DNA of 64,000 nucleotides from Pseudomonadota bacterium. GTDB lineage: Bacteria > Myxococcota > JACRCW01 > JAFGSX01. Within the stretch, counting starts at the first letter, position 1; every line of letters begins with the position of its first letter. The notes beneath the pieces were generated by a model, which worked only from the letters and a program-made list of their open reading frames with translations, was not told where the DNA came from and did not search any database. The stretch covers positions 32,001 to 96,000 of the forward strand of contig JBDRCO010000003.1 of NCBI GenBank assembly GCA_043821645.1, written 5' to 3'. Made by a program: the position numbers and the translations under genes. Positions 30,433 through 39,157 of this stretch are shown here, in pieces.

Positions 30433-31284
30433 TCATCGGTCCCCGGCAACGACCGCTCCGGCGTCAGCTTGGACAGCGCCGACATGTGACATTTGACGAG
30501 TCCTGACCGCATTCTCTTCTGACACGCAATGAAAGGAAAGTTCACTAAGAGTATTTTCTAGGTTAAAGTTGCTTCCAGTTTCCTTGGACAGCTCCTGCAA
30601 TACTCTGTTGGCTTCGTGCTTCACTTTACTCATAATTTCAGGATTGGATGTATCCTTATTTGTCAAGTTCGCCAATGCAAATAGAATTGCCAATTCTTCA
30701 TGTGTAATCTCCTGCAAGTCGTGCGCGAAGTAGACTCGACCAGCCATGCGCAGGCCGACCACCCCACGACCGTAGTAAGAATTATCAAGATAAATTTCGA
30801 TTAGCTCATCCTCTGTGAATCTGTTACTAAGTTGAATTGCAAGTATTCGAGCCTTTAGATGTCGATTTATGCTCTCAGGAGGTACGAATAGCAGTGAGAC
30901 TAGGTCGACGAAATATAACTCATTAAAATGATATTCTTCAAAAAAAATACTTGGCACTACTGGCAAAGACAAAGCTGCAACTGAAACGGAACATTGTTCC
31001 TTTCGAAACATTGCTCTCTGGGCAACATGAAATTCTCCGATGATCATTTTTGGAAGAGAGTCCTTTGTAGGGTATCTTGAACTCAATACTGGGCACTGCT
31101 TTATTGCGGAGTTTGATGAGTTGAATACTCGGACGGTTTCTGGCTTGGTGGCGACAATTTCTACCAGTGGTAGACCCCTGGCCTCCCTGCTTATACGATG
31201 GGTTACTAGAGCACAAACACCGAGCATCAGTGCACATAGGAAGCCAGAAGTGTATACTGCTGTTCTCTTCGAATAGATTCCCAT
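30433..31284 (-). CDS. Membrane-anchored degenerate GT51 transglycosylase-domain protein; putative Rhs immunity protein
   Basis: N-terminal TM helix. RHLKARILAIQL..FTEDELIEIYLDNSYYGRGVVG..AGRVYF resembles GT51 motifs 3-5, but motifs 1 and 2 are lost. Low GC; ATG abuts the Rhs stop codon. Confidence 0.75.
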   Translation of the reverse strand: MGIYSKRTAVYTSGFLCALMLGVCALVTHRISREARGLPLVEIVATKPETVRVFNSSNSAIKQCPVLSSRYPTKDSLPKMIIGEFHVAQRAMFRKEQCSVSVAALSLPVVPSIFFEEYHFNELYFVDLVSLLFVPPESINRHLKARILAIQLSNRFTEDELIEIYLDNSYYGRGVVGLRMAGRVYFAHDLQEITHEELAILFALANLTNKDTSNPEIMSKVKHEANRVLQELSKETGSNFNLENTLSELSFHCVSEENAVRTRQMSHVGAVQADAGAVVAGDR

Positions 31285-33804
31285 TTACCTAACGTACCCG
31301 ATTCGCTTCGGCCAGCCCACGTCATTGATGTTTGTAGTTATTATTGTTATCGGCAACTGAGGTGTTGGAGGTGTAGTGCTGTCGTCATATGTGATCGGGG
31401 ATGATGGATCGAACATCTCGATCCAACCGCAACCTGCCGATGCTCCAACCACCCACTCCTTATAGGCAGTTCCCCAGCCGAGCATATCCCAAAAGAGTTC
31501 TTCATCCTTGTGAGAAAATCCACAGGCGCCATCGGCTGTGTGGCTATGAATTACAGAAATGTATCCTGGCTGTTGTCTTCCCGGTTCAACGTCGTCGGGA
31601 GTACCTGGAATAGGGGGCCACGTGAAAGTGTATCCTCCTCCTGAAGCGACAGTAACCCAGACTGCGTACTCGATTGTCCCATTTTCTGAATGGAGGAGCT
31701 TTGCCGCTGTGATGGCAGCGTCATTATCAGTAAGATACTTCGCAGCCCAGCGGGGTAGTTCTCTGCTTGATCTGCATCCTGAGAGCGCCGAAAGTGCGAT
31801 CGATATTGATATTGCAATTGACGCCTCTGTCAAATTCGCGAACTCGCCTGAGGGATCGGCCCTGCGAATAGGGTCGCCATCAGCGTATGTGTACTTATTT
31901 AATGTGCTAGTAGCTGAGATGTAACCGATGTGTTTGTCTCGACTATCGAACCGGCCGTTCATTGGGTTATAGTACCTCGCCCTAAAGTAGTAGTCGCCAA
32001 GTTCCTCGTCAATCTGCTCCCCCGCATATCGATATAGGTTTTCGCTCGTCCCCGAACTACTCAGCTTCGATCCAAACGCCTCATAGGTGTAAGTGTCAGT
32101 GACCGCCCCCACGTCGTCGGAGAGTGCCCTAGTCGAGAGTTGTCCGTCGACGAGATAGAAAGAGCCCGCACCAGACCGCTCAATACTCACCAAGTCATTC
32201 GCATGCACATAGCTGGCGAGAGTCGAGCCAAGCCAATCACTCTCGACGAGCACCTGGCCATACTGCCTGTTCTTGTCGACGAGAAAACCCGTCACGTCGG
32301 AGGCATTGACGACCTTCTTGGTCCTCAACCCACCATCATCGTACTCGAACAAAACTGCATTGCTTCCGTCGTCAAACGAGACGAGTCTGTTCTCCGCCGT
32401 CCACCCATACACCTTCGAAACAACCGGCCCCACCTCCCCAGTCGTGTTGCCGTTGTCGTCGTAAGAGTAAGTGTAAACCCCATCCGGCCGCGTCTCAGTA
32501 ATCAACCTGTCATTGGCATCGTAGGTGTACGAAGTGACACCTTCGACTGTGTCACTCTTGAGCAGCCTGTTGCCAAAGGCGTCATAAGTGCAAGCAATAT
32601 TGCGGTCGCCGTTGACGGGAACGACGATGGCTTCCTCGGTGAGTCGGTACAAGTCGTCGTATGCGTAGTGAACGCTTCGCCCGTTGTGAACCTCAAAAAC
32701 ATCCGTCCTGTTACCCGTCAGCCCGAGCAAATACTGGTAACTCGCAACCAGACTCCCGTCGCCACGCCGGTGCTCGATGAGCGTCAACCTGCCGAGCTGG
32801 TCATAGCTGTTCGTCGTCACGATGCCGTTGGGCAAGGCCGCCGTGCGCTGCTGCCCCGTCGCCAGATAGGTGTAACTCGTCACCTGCCCGTCAGGGTCCG
32901 TGACCGTGGCGATGCGGTTCAAAGCATCAAAGCTGTAGGCGGTAGTTCCACCAGCGTGAGCCACAGAGGCTCGGTTGCCTCTGCTGTCATATGAGTAACT
33001 CAGCCAAGACCCGTCAGGATTCGTCACCCGCGTCAGCCTGTCGCGATTATCGTAATCGTGATCAGTCGCTCCGCGGTGGTCCGTGACGACGTCCATTTGC
33101 CCCGTCGCCGTGTACGAAAAACTGACCTGCTGCCCGTTACCTATATCCTTGGCCGCGCGCCTGTTGTTGATATCGTAGCTTTTTACAATCATCTCTCCGT
33201 TGAATGTGGTCTGCTGGGTGACGTTGCCGCTGGGGTCGTAGGCAAACGACTCGTACTGACCGAGCGGCAGGCAGTGCTCGACCACACGACCGAGGTCGTC
33301 GTGCTTCCAGGTCGTGACGTGACCGTTGGGGTCCGTCTGTGAGATCTTGTTCCCCACCTTGTCATAACCATAGCGCGTCTGCCCGCCCAGCGCATCATCC
33401 ACGCCGGTCAGACGACCCAGGGCGTCATACAGGTAACCTGTCACGACCCCGGCCTGGTCCGTCTTCGCGACCAGGCGGCCGAGGGCGTCGTAGCCGTTCA
33501 GCATCACCGTGCCGTCGGCGAACAGGGTGCGGGTGTTGCGGCCCAGCTCAACGTAGTCGAGCTGCGTGGCGACACCCAGAGCGTCCGTCACGCTGGTGCG
33601 GTGGCCCCTGGCATCGAAGCCGAACTGGGTCAGGTTGCCCAGGGCATCGACCACGGCCACGCGCCGGCCCAGCTCGTCGTACTCGTATGCGGTGCGGTGG
33701 CCATTCTCGTCGACGCTGGCCACGGTGCGGCCGGCCGGGTCATACTCGGTGGAGGTGCTGCTGCCGTCGGCGTAGGTGGTCCGGACCAGGCGGTTCAAGG
33801 CGTA
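31285..33804 (-). pseudogene. 5'-truncated Rhs/YD-repeat toxin with JAB/JAMM (DUF4329-like) C-terminal domain
   Basis: Many YD repeats (YDELGR, YDALGR, YDNRDR), core RYAGEQ..YYFRARYY..GRF..D, DPSG cleavage motif, C-terminal domain with E..HSH-x8-SxxD. Begins mid-repeat at a REP-like motif with no credible native start. Confidence 0.88.
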
Positions 33805-33848
33805 GGGGGTAGGTGGTTGGCACCTGACAAGGGGCACCTGACAAGGGG
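33805..33848 (-). repeat. REP-like motif with adjacent 14-bp tandem duplication
   Basis: GGGGGTAGGTGGTTGGCAC (33805-33823); GGCACCTGACAAGG occurs at 33819 and 33833. Confidence 0.85.
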
Positions 33849-33873
33849 AATTCGAGGAAAACGCGAGAGTAGT

Positions 33874-34311
33874 TCAACCTAGGACCATACTCTTCCAAGT
33901 ATCATCCATATTCTTCACACCGAGTTTCACAGTTTGTAGCCACTCCCTTGAACCAATGGGAATGACCATATCTCTAACATAAGCTCCGGTGATGCTTCTG
34001 CTATTTTTGCCGATAGATTTCATCTTCTCAACGTGCTTCAAATTGATTTGAAGCTCCGTCACCATTGCAGGCAATGCCCCTTTCTCGACACCCCATAGCG
34101 CAAGATTCTCGTGGCCATGCTCAGCAACATCAGAAAGAAATACATCTAGAAAATGTACATTGGCTTCCAACAAGGCCAGGCGCTGTATGTCGTCTTCTGC
34201 ATTTTCTAAGACAGCTTTGCCGAGTTGATAAGAGGCGACTTTCTTCGGGAGGTGATCGCCAAGAAGCATCGTGTAGACTTCGCCAATTGCTTGGGTTGTA
34301 TCGTCACGCAT
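33874..34311 (-). CDS. Low-GC hypothetical protein (145 aa), possible orphan immunity or cargo gene
   Basis: AAGGA RBS 8 nt before the ATG; AT-rich codon usage; boxed by inverted REP-like motifs. Confidence 0.65.
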   Translation of the reverse strand: MRDDTTQAIGEVYTMLLGDHLPKKVASYQLGKAVLENAEDDIQRLALLEANVHFLDVFLSDVAEHGHENLALWGVEKGALPAMVTELQINLKHVEKMKSIGKNSRSITGAYVRDMVIPIGSREWLQTVKLGVKNMDDTWKSMVLG

Positions 34312-34489
34312 AGATAATTTCCTTCAATGGCTTCCTTGGGTTATGTAGAGACAAGCCGAGCAGAATCAAAGAACAGGCTAAACCAGAACCTGTTCGTGAA
34401 CCTCTGCCTTCTTTGACATCTCCCATGTTCTTTCGCTCTCTGACCTGGTTTCGTGTGTCAGCTCTGATTGTCAGCCGCCCACTAAAAAA

Positions 34490-34630
34490 GTGCCAGCAAC
34501 CTACCCCCAGGCACCCGGCACTAGCAGCACTAGCACTAGGTGCCAGCAACCTACCCCCAGCGCACCTGGCACTAGCAGCACTAGCACTGCACTAGCAGTG
34601 CTGCACTAGAAGTGCCAGCAACCTACCCCC
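34490..34630 (+). repeat. Three identical REP-like motifs separated by GCACTAG-iteration spacers
   Basis: GTGCCAGCAACCTACCCCC at 34490, 34540 and 34612. Confidence 0.92.
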
Positions 34631-35083
34631 GGCGGTATCCCCCTGCGCCTGTTCAAGCTGGATCGCGCCTACGGCGAGCCGGCCCCGCTGTGCGCCGCCT
34701 GCCAGCGCATCGCGCGGGTGGCGCGCGAGCAGCTGCCGCTGTTCTACGACCGCGGCCACGCGCAGGGCCTGATCGCGATGCTCGAGCAGCGCACCGAGCA
34801 GCTGGCCGGCCTGATCGCCAGCCGCGACCGGGTGTCCGTGCGTTCGGCCAGTGGCCAGGCCCGGCGCGCCGCGCTCAAGCGCCTGCTGCTGGACGCGCTG
34901 ATGTACCTGGGGCCCTGGGGCCGCGACGTCACCGCCGGCGATGCCATGCGCCGCGAGCGCTACGCCCTGGACAAGCTGTTCCCCGCCGGCAGAGCGCGCA
35001 AGGGCAATGGATCCAGCGCTGCCGTCGACGACGAGGCGCTGGACGCCGCGGCCGCCGACCGCGCCCTGGGCCTGCCGGGCTGA
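34631..35083 (+). pseudogene. 5'-truncated high-GC gene fragment
   Basis: Strongly GC3-biased frame (GGIPLRLFKLDRAYGEPAPLCAACQRI...LGLPG*) starts directly after the motif; in-frame TAG at 34607 and no start codon until GTG 34718. Confidence 0.6.
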
Positions 35084-35331
35084 GCGCGCGCCGTCGCTGG
35101 CGCCGCCGCAGCACCGATCACCACGGTCCCCGGGACGCTCTGGGCCACACCCTGGGGTCGGGACCGAGCCACCCTGCTGCCGTCGACGGCGCGCCCCGGA
35201 ACGCCCCCCGACGCCCCCCGGATGCCACCCGACCTACCCCGGACGCCACCCGGCGCGGCCAGGACCGCCCACGGCACGCGCTGCCGACGCCACCGCCACG
35301 CGATGGAACGATTTCGTCTGATCCGGTTGTC

Positions 35332-35347
35332 AACGCACTGCGTTATT
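35332..35347. promoter_or_regulatory. Palindromic operator candidate AACGCACTGCGTT(ATT)
   Basis: 13-bp palindrome about 100 bp upstream of the beta-oxidation operon; recurs at 58845-58866. Confidence 0.55.
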
Positions 35348-35444
35348 GGCATCATGTCGCCGCGAAACGGGCAGGCGAGGCCACCGGGCCCACCGGCCAG
35401 CCAAAACAACACCGCTCCCGCGGGCGGACAGCGAGGAGGACCGA

Positions 35445-37841
35445 ATGGCTGACAGAATCGACAAGGTCGCGATCCTGGGCGCGGGGGTCATGGGGCAGGG
35501 CATCGCCGCACACCTGGCCAACGCCGGTGTGCGCAGCATCCTGCTCGACATCGTGCCCCCCAAGTTCGGTGACGACGACAAGGCCGCAGGCCTGAACGAG
35601 AAGGACCGCGCCTTCCGCAACAAGTTCGCCATCAAGGGCAAGGAGGCCGCGCTCAAGGCCAAGCCGGCGCTGTTCTACACCAACGTCGACGCGGACCTGG
35701 TCGAGGTCGGCAACCTCGAGGACGACCTCGGGGTCATCGGCGAGTGCCAGTGGGTGGTCGAGGCCGTCATCGAGCGGCTGGACATCAAGCAGCAGCTGTT
35801 CGAGAAGGTCGAGAAGCACTGGAAGCCCGGCTGCATCATCACCAGCAACACCTCGGGCCTGAAGATCAAGGACATGCTCAAGGGCCGCGGCGAGGGCTTC
35901 TGCTCACACTTCCTGGTGACGCACTTCTTCAACCCCGTGCGCTACATGCCCCTGCTCGAGATCGTCGTCGGCGACAAGACCGACAAGGCCGTGCTCGAGC
36001 GCATGGTCGAGTTCGGCCGCAACGCCCTGGGCAAGGGCATCGTGTTCGGCAAGGACACCCCCAACTTCGTCGGCAACCGCATCGGCGTGTACGCCATGTT
36101 CGAGACCGTCAAGCAGGTGCTCGAGGGCGGCTACACCGTCGAGGAGGTCGACGCCATCTTCGGGCCCGCCACGCTCAAGCCCAAGAGCGGCATCTTCCGC
36201 CTGGCCGACATGGTGGGCATCGACACCCTGGTGCACGTCGCCAACAACAGCTACGACAACCTGCCCGAGGACGAGAAGCGCGACACCTTCAAGGTCCCCG
36301 ACTTCATCAAGACCATGGTCGAGCGGGGCATGATTGGCCAGAAGGCCAAGCAGGGCTTTTTTAAGAAGGTGGGCAAGGACATCCAGACCCTGGATCTGAA
36401 GACCCTGGAGTACCGCGACAAGCAAAAGGCCAAGTTCGACTGCATCGGTGCCAGCAAGAGCATCGAGGACCCGGCGAAGAAGCTGCGCACCGTGATGTTC
36501 GGCGAGGACCGCGGCGCCAAGCTGGCCTGGAACGTGACCAAGGAAGTGCTGATCTACTCGGCCAACCGCGTGGGCGAGATCGCCGACGACGTGGTCAACA
36601 TCGACGCGGCCATGCGCTGGGGCTTCAACTGGGAGGCCGGTCCCTTCGAGATGTGGGACATGCTCGGCGTCGAGGAGACCGTGGCCCGCATGAAGAAGGA
36701 AGGGCTCAAGGTCCCGGCCTGGGTCGAGGACATGCTCAAGGCCGGCCACCCGAGCTTCTACAAGCACGACAAGGGCGACGTCTTTTACTACGACGTCAAG
36801 ACCAAGAAGACCGTGCCCCTGGACGAGGGCGAGAAGGTCATGCGGCTGCAGAACCTCAAGGAGGGCGGGCGCGTCCTGGACAAGAACGGCAGCGCCAACC
36901 TGGTCGACCTGGGCGACGGCGTGTACTGCGTCGAGTTCGACTGCAAGATGAACGCGGTCGACGCCGACCTGGTGGCCATGATCCACAAGGGCCTGGACCG
37001 CGCCGAGGCCGAGGGCTGCGCCCTGGTGCTGGCCAACGACGACAAGCAGGCCTTCTCGGCCGGCGCCAACCTGATGCTGGTGTTCATGGCCGCCCAGAAC
37101 AAGCAGTGGGACGAGCTGCGCAAGGTGATCGTCGACTTCCAGGCGGTCAACAAGCGCATGCGCTACAGCCCGGTGCCCGTGGTGGCGGCGCCGCACCAGC
37201 TGGCCCTGGGCGGCGGCTGCGAGATGACCATGTGGACGGATCACGTGCGCGCGCACGCCGAGCTTTACATGGGCCTGGTCGAGGTGGGCGTGGGCCTGCT
37301 GCCGGCCGGCGGCGGTACCACCGAGATGGTGGCGCGCTCGCTCATGGGCATCCCCGACGACCCGGGCTTTGCCCCCGAGATGGCGCTCAAGCGCGGCCTC
37401 GAGGCGGTGGCCATGGCCAAGGTGTCGATGAGCGCCGAGATGGCCAAGGAGCTGATGCTGCTCAGGCCCGGCGACGGCTACACGGTCAACCGCGACCACG
37501 TGCTGTACTCGGCCAAGCAGGCGGCCCTGGGTCTGGCCCGTGCCGGCTACCGTCCGCCCCGTCCGCGCTCGTTCCGGCTGCCGGGCCCGAGCGGCTATGC
37601 CACCTTCAAAGCCGTGCTCAGCGCCATGCGCGATGGCCACTTCATGAGCGATCACGACCTGAAGGTCGGACTCAAGATCGCCGAGATCTTCACCGGCGGT
37701 GATACCAGCATGCGCGTCAAGGTCACCGAGGATAGATTGCTGGAGATGGAGCAGGAGGCCTTCTTGAGCCTGTGCGGCGAGCAGCTCACGCTGGATCGGA
37801 TCCAGTACATGCTCATGAACAACAAGCCCTTGCGAAATTGA
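35445..37841 (+). CDS. 3-hydroxyacyl-CoA dehydrogenase / enoyl-CoA hydratase (FadN-type)
   Basis: GAGVMGQGIA, EAVIE, SNTSG, HFFNPVRY, C-terminal crotonase domain (FSAGANL, ALGGGCE, GLVEVGVGLLP); GAGGAG RBS. Confidence 0.95.
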   Translation: MADRIDKVAILGAGVMGQGIAAHLANAGVRSILLDIVPPKFGDDDKAAGLNEKDRAFRNKFAIKGKEAALKAKPALFYTNVDADLVEVGNLEDDLGVIGECQWVVEAVIERLDIKQQLFEKVEKHWKPGCIITSNTSGLKIKDMLKGRGEGFCSHFLVTHFFNPVRYMPLLEIVVGDKTDKAVLERMVEFGRNALGKGIVFGKDTPNFVGNRIGVYAMFETVKQVLEGGYTVEEVDAIFGPATLKPKSGIFRLADMVGIDTLVHVANNSYDNLPEDEKRDTFKVPDFIKTMVERGMIGQKAKQGFFKKVGKDIQTLDLKTLEYRDKQKAKFDCIGASKSIEDPAKKLRTVMFGEDRGAKLAWNVTKEVLIYSANRVGEIADDVVNIDAAMRWGFNWEAGPFEMWDMLGVEETVARMKKEGLKVPAWVEDMLKAGHPSFYKHDKGDVFYYDVKTKKTVPLDEGEKVMRLQNLKEGGRVLDKNGSANLVDLGDGVYCVEFDCKMNAVDADLVAMIHKGLDRAEAEGCALVLANDDKQAFSAGANLMLVFMAAQNKQWDELRKVIVDFQAVNKRMRYSPVPVVAAPHQLALGGGCEMTMWTDHVRAHAELYMGLVEVGVGLLPAGGGTTEMVARSLMGIPDDPGFAPEMALKRGLEAVAMAKVSMSAEMAKELMLLRPGDGYTVNRDHVLYSAKQAALGLARAGYRPPRPRSFRLPGPSGYATFKAVLSAMRDGHFMSDHDLKVGLKIAEIFTGGDTSMRVKVTEDRLLEMEQEAFLSLCGEQLTLDRIQYMLMNNKPLRN

Positions 37842-37856
37842 GCAGGGCTCGAAGGC

Positions 37857-37972
37857 GTTCCCGGTTCCTGGTTCCCGGTTCCCGGTTGTCGACGGGGGAC
37901 GTGGCGATTCGCCGAGCGGGCGCTTTGAACTGGGAACGTGGAACTGGGAACTGGGAACTGTGAACGTAGAAC
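37857..37972. repeat. Inverted heptamer tandem arrays forming a long hairpin
   Basis: (GTTCCCG)x4 at 37857-37887 faces about six GAACTGG-like units at 37927-37972. Confidence 0.85.
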
Positions 37973-37996
37973 CGATGAAGACAACGGAGTGATCAC

Positions 37997-39157
37997 ATGC
38001 GCGAAGTCGCCATTCTCTCTTCAGTTCGCACCGCCGGGGCCAAGGCCAACAAGGGCGGTTTTCGTGATACCCGGCCCGACACCCTGGCCGCCGCGGTGAT
38101 CAAGGGCGCCCTGGACAAGGCCAAGGTCGAGGCCAAGGACCTGGACGACGTGATCCTGGGCTGCGCCTTCCCCGAGGCCGAGCAGGGCATGAACGTGGCG
38201 CGCGTCGCCGCCGGGATGGCCGGCGTGCCCTGGGAAGTGCCCGCCATGACCATCAACCGCTTCTGCTCGTCGGGGCTGCAGGCCATCGCCATAGGCGCGG
38301 ACCGCATCCGCGTCGGCGACTGCGAGGTGGTGGTGGCCGGTGGCGTCGAGAGCATGTCCATGGTGCCCATGGGTGGCAACAAGTACAGCCTCAACGCCGA
38401 TGCGCTGGAGAAGATGCCCAACATGTACACGCCCATGGGCATCACCTCGGAGCTGGTGGCCACGCGCTTCGAGATCACCCGCGAGCAGCAGGACGAGCTG
38501 GCCCTGCGCAGCAACCTGCGCGCGGCCGCGGCGGTCAAGGATGGCAAGTTCAAGGACGAGATCATCCCCGTGACCACCAAGGTGTACGAGGCTGGTGGCG
38601 TCAAGAGCATCACCGTCGACAACGACGAGGGCCCCCGCGGCGAGACCACCTTGGAGAGCCTGGCCAAGCTCAAGCCGGCCTTCGACAGCCAGGGGCGCTC
38701 CACCGCGGGCAACTCCTCGCAGGTCACCGACGGCGCTGCGGTCTCGGTGCTCATGGACGCCGAGCGCGCCAAGAAGGAAGGCCGCGACATCCTGGGCTAC
38801 TTCCGCGGCTTCGCGGTGGCGGGCGTGCCCCCCGAGATCATGGGCATCGGTCCGGTGCCGGCGATCCGCAAGCTGCTCAAGAAGATGAAGCTCGAGATCA
38901 AGGACATCGACCTGTTCGAGATCAACGAGGCCTTCGCCAGCCAGGCGACCTACTGCGCCCGCGAGCTCGGCATCGACAGCGAGAAGCTCAACGTCAACGG
39001 CGGCGCCATCGCGCTCGGACATCCCCTGGGTGCCACCGGAGCCAAGCTGACCGCGACCCTGCTGCACGAGATGAAGCGCCGCAAGGCGCGCTACGGCATC
39101 GTCAGCATGTGCATAGGCGGCGGCATGGGCGCGGCCGGGTTGTTCGAGCGGGCCTAG
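37997..39157 (+). CDS. fadA: Acetyl-CoA C-acyltransferase (thiolase)
   Basis: INRFCSSG, NEAFA, GGAIALGHPLGATG, SMCIGGGMG. Confidence 0.93.
   Translation: MREVAILSSVRTAGAKANKGGFRDTRPDTLAAAVIKGALDKAKVEAKDLDDVILGCAFPEAEQGMNVARVAAGMAGVPWEVPAMTINRFCSSGLQAIAIGADRIRVGDCEVVVAGGVESMSMVPMGGNKYSLNADALEKMPNMYTPMGITSELVATRFEITREQQDELALRSNLRAAAAVKDGKFKDEIIPVTTKVYEAGGVKSITVDNDEGPRGETTLESLAKLKPAFDSQGRSTAGNSSQVTDGAAVSVLMDAERAKKEGRDILGYFRGFAVAGVPPEIMGIGPVPAIRKLLKKMKLEIKDIDLFEINEAFASQATYCARELGIDSEKLNVNGGAIALGHPLGATGAKLTATLLHEMKRRKARYGIVSMCIGGGMGAAGLFERA

Noticed and set aside
33849-34489. Integron gene cassette
   Set aside because: No convincing attC (RYYYAAC...GTTRRRY) structure and no tyrosine integrase in the window.
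34304-34549. 81-aa ORF overlapping the start of the orphan gene, considered as a toxin-tip remnant
   Set aside because: It begins inside the repeat array and has no recognisable motif; not supportable.
34490-34630. Possible CRISPR array (also considered for 29056-29140)
   Set aside because: Repeats are only 19-25 bp, spacers are absent or related to each other and low-complexity, and there are no cas genes. Better explained as REP-like motifs.
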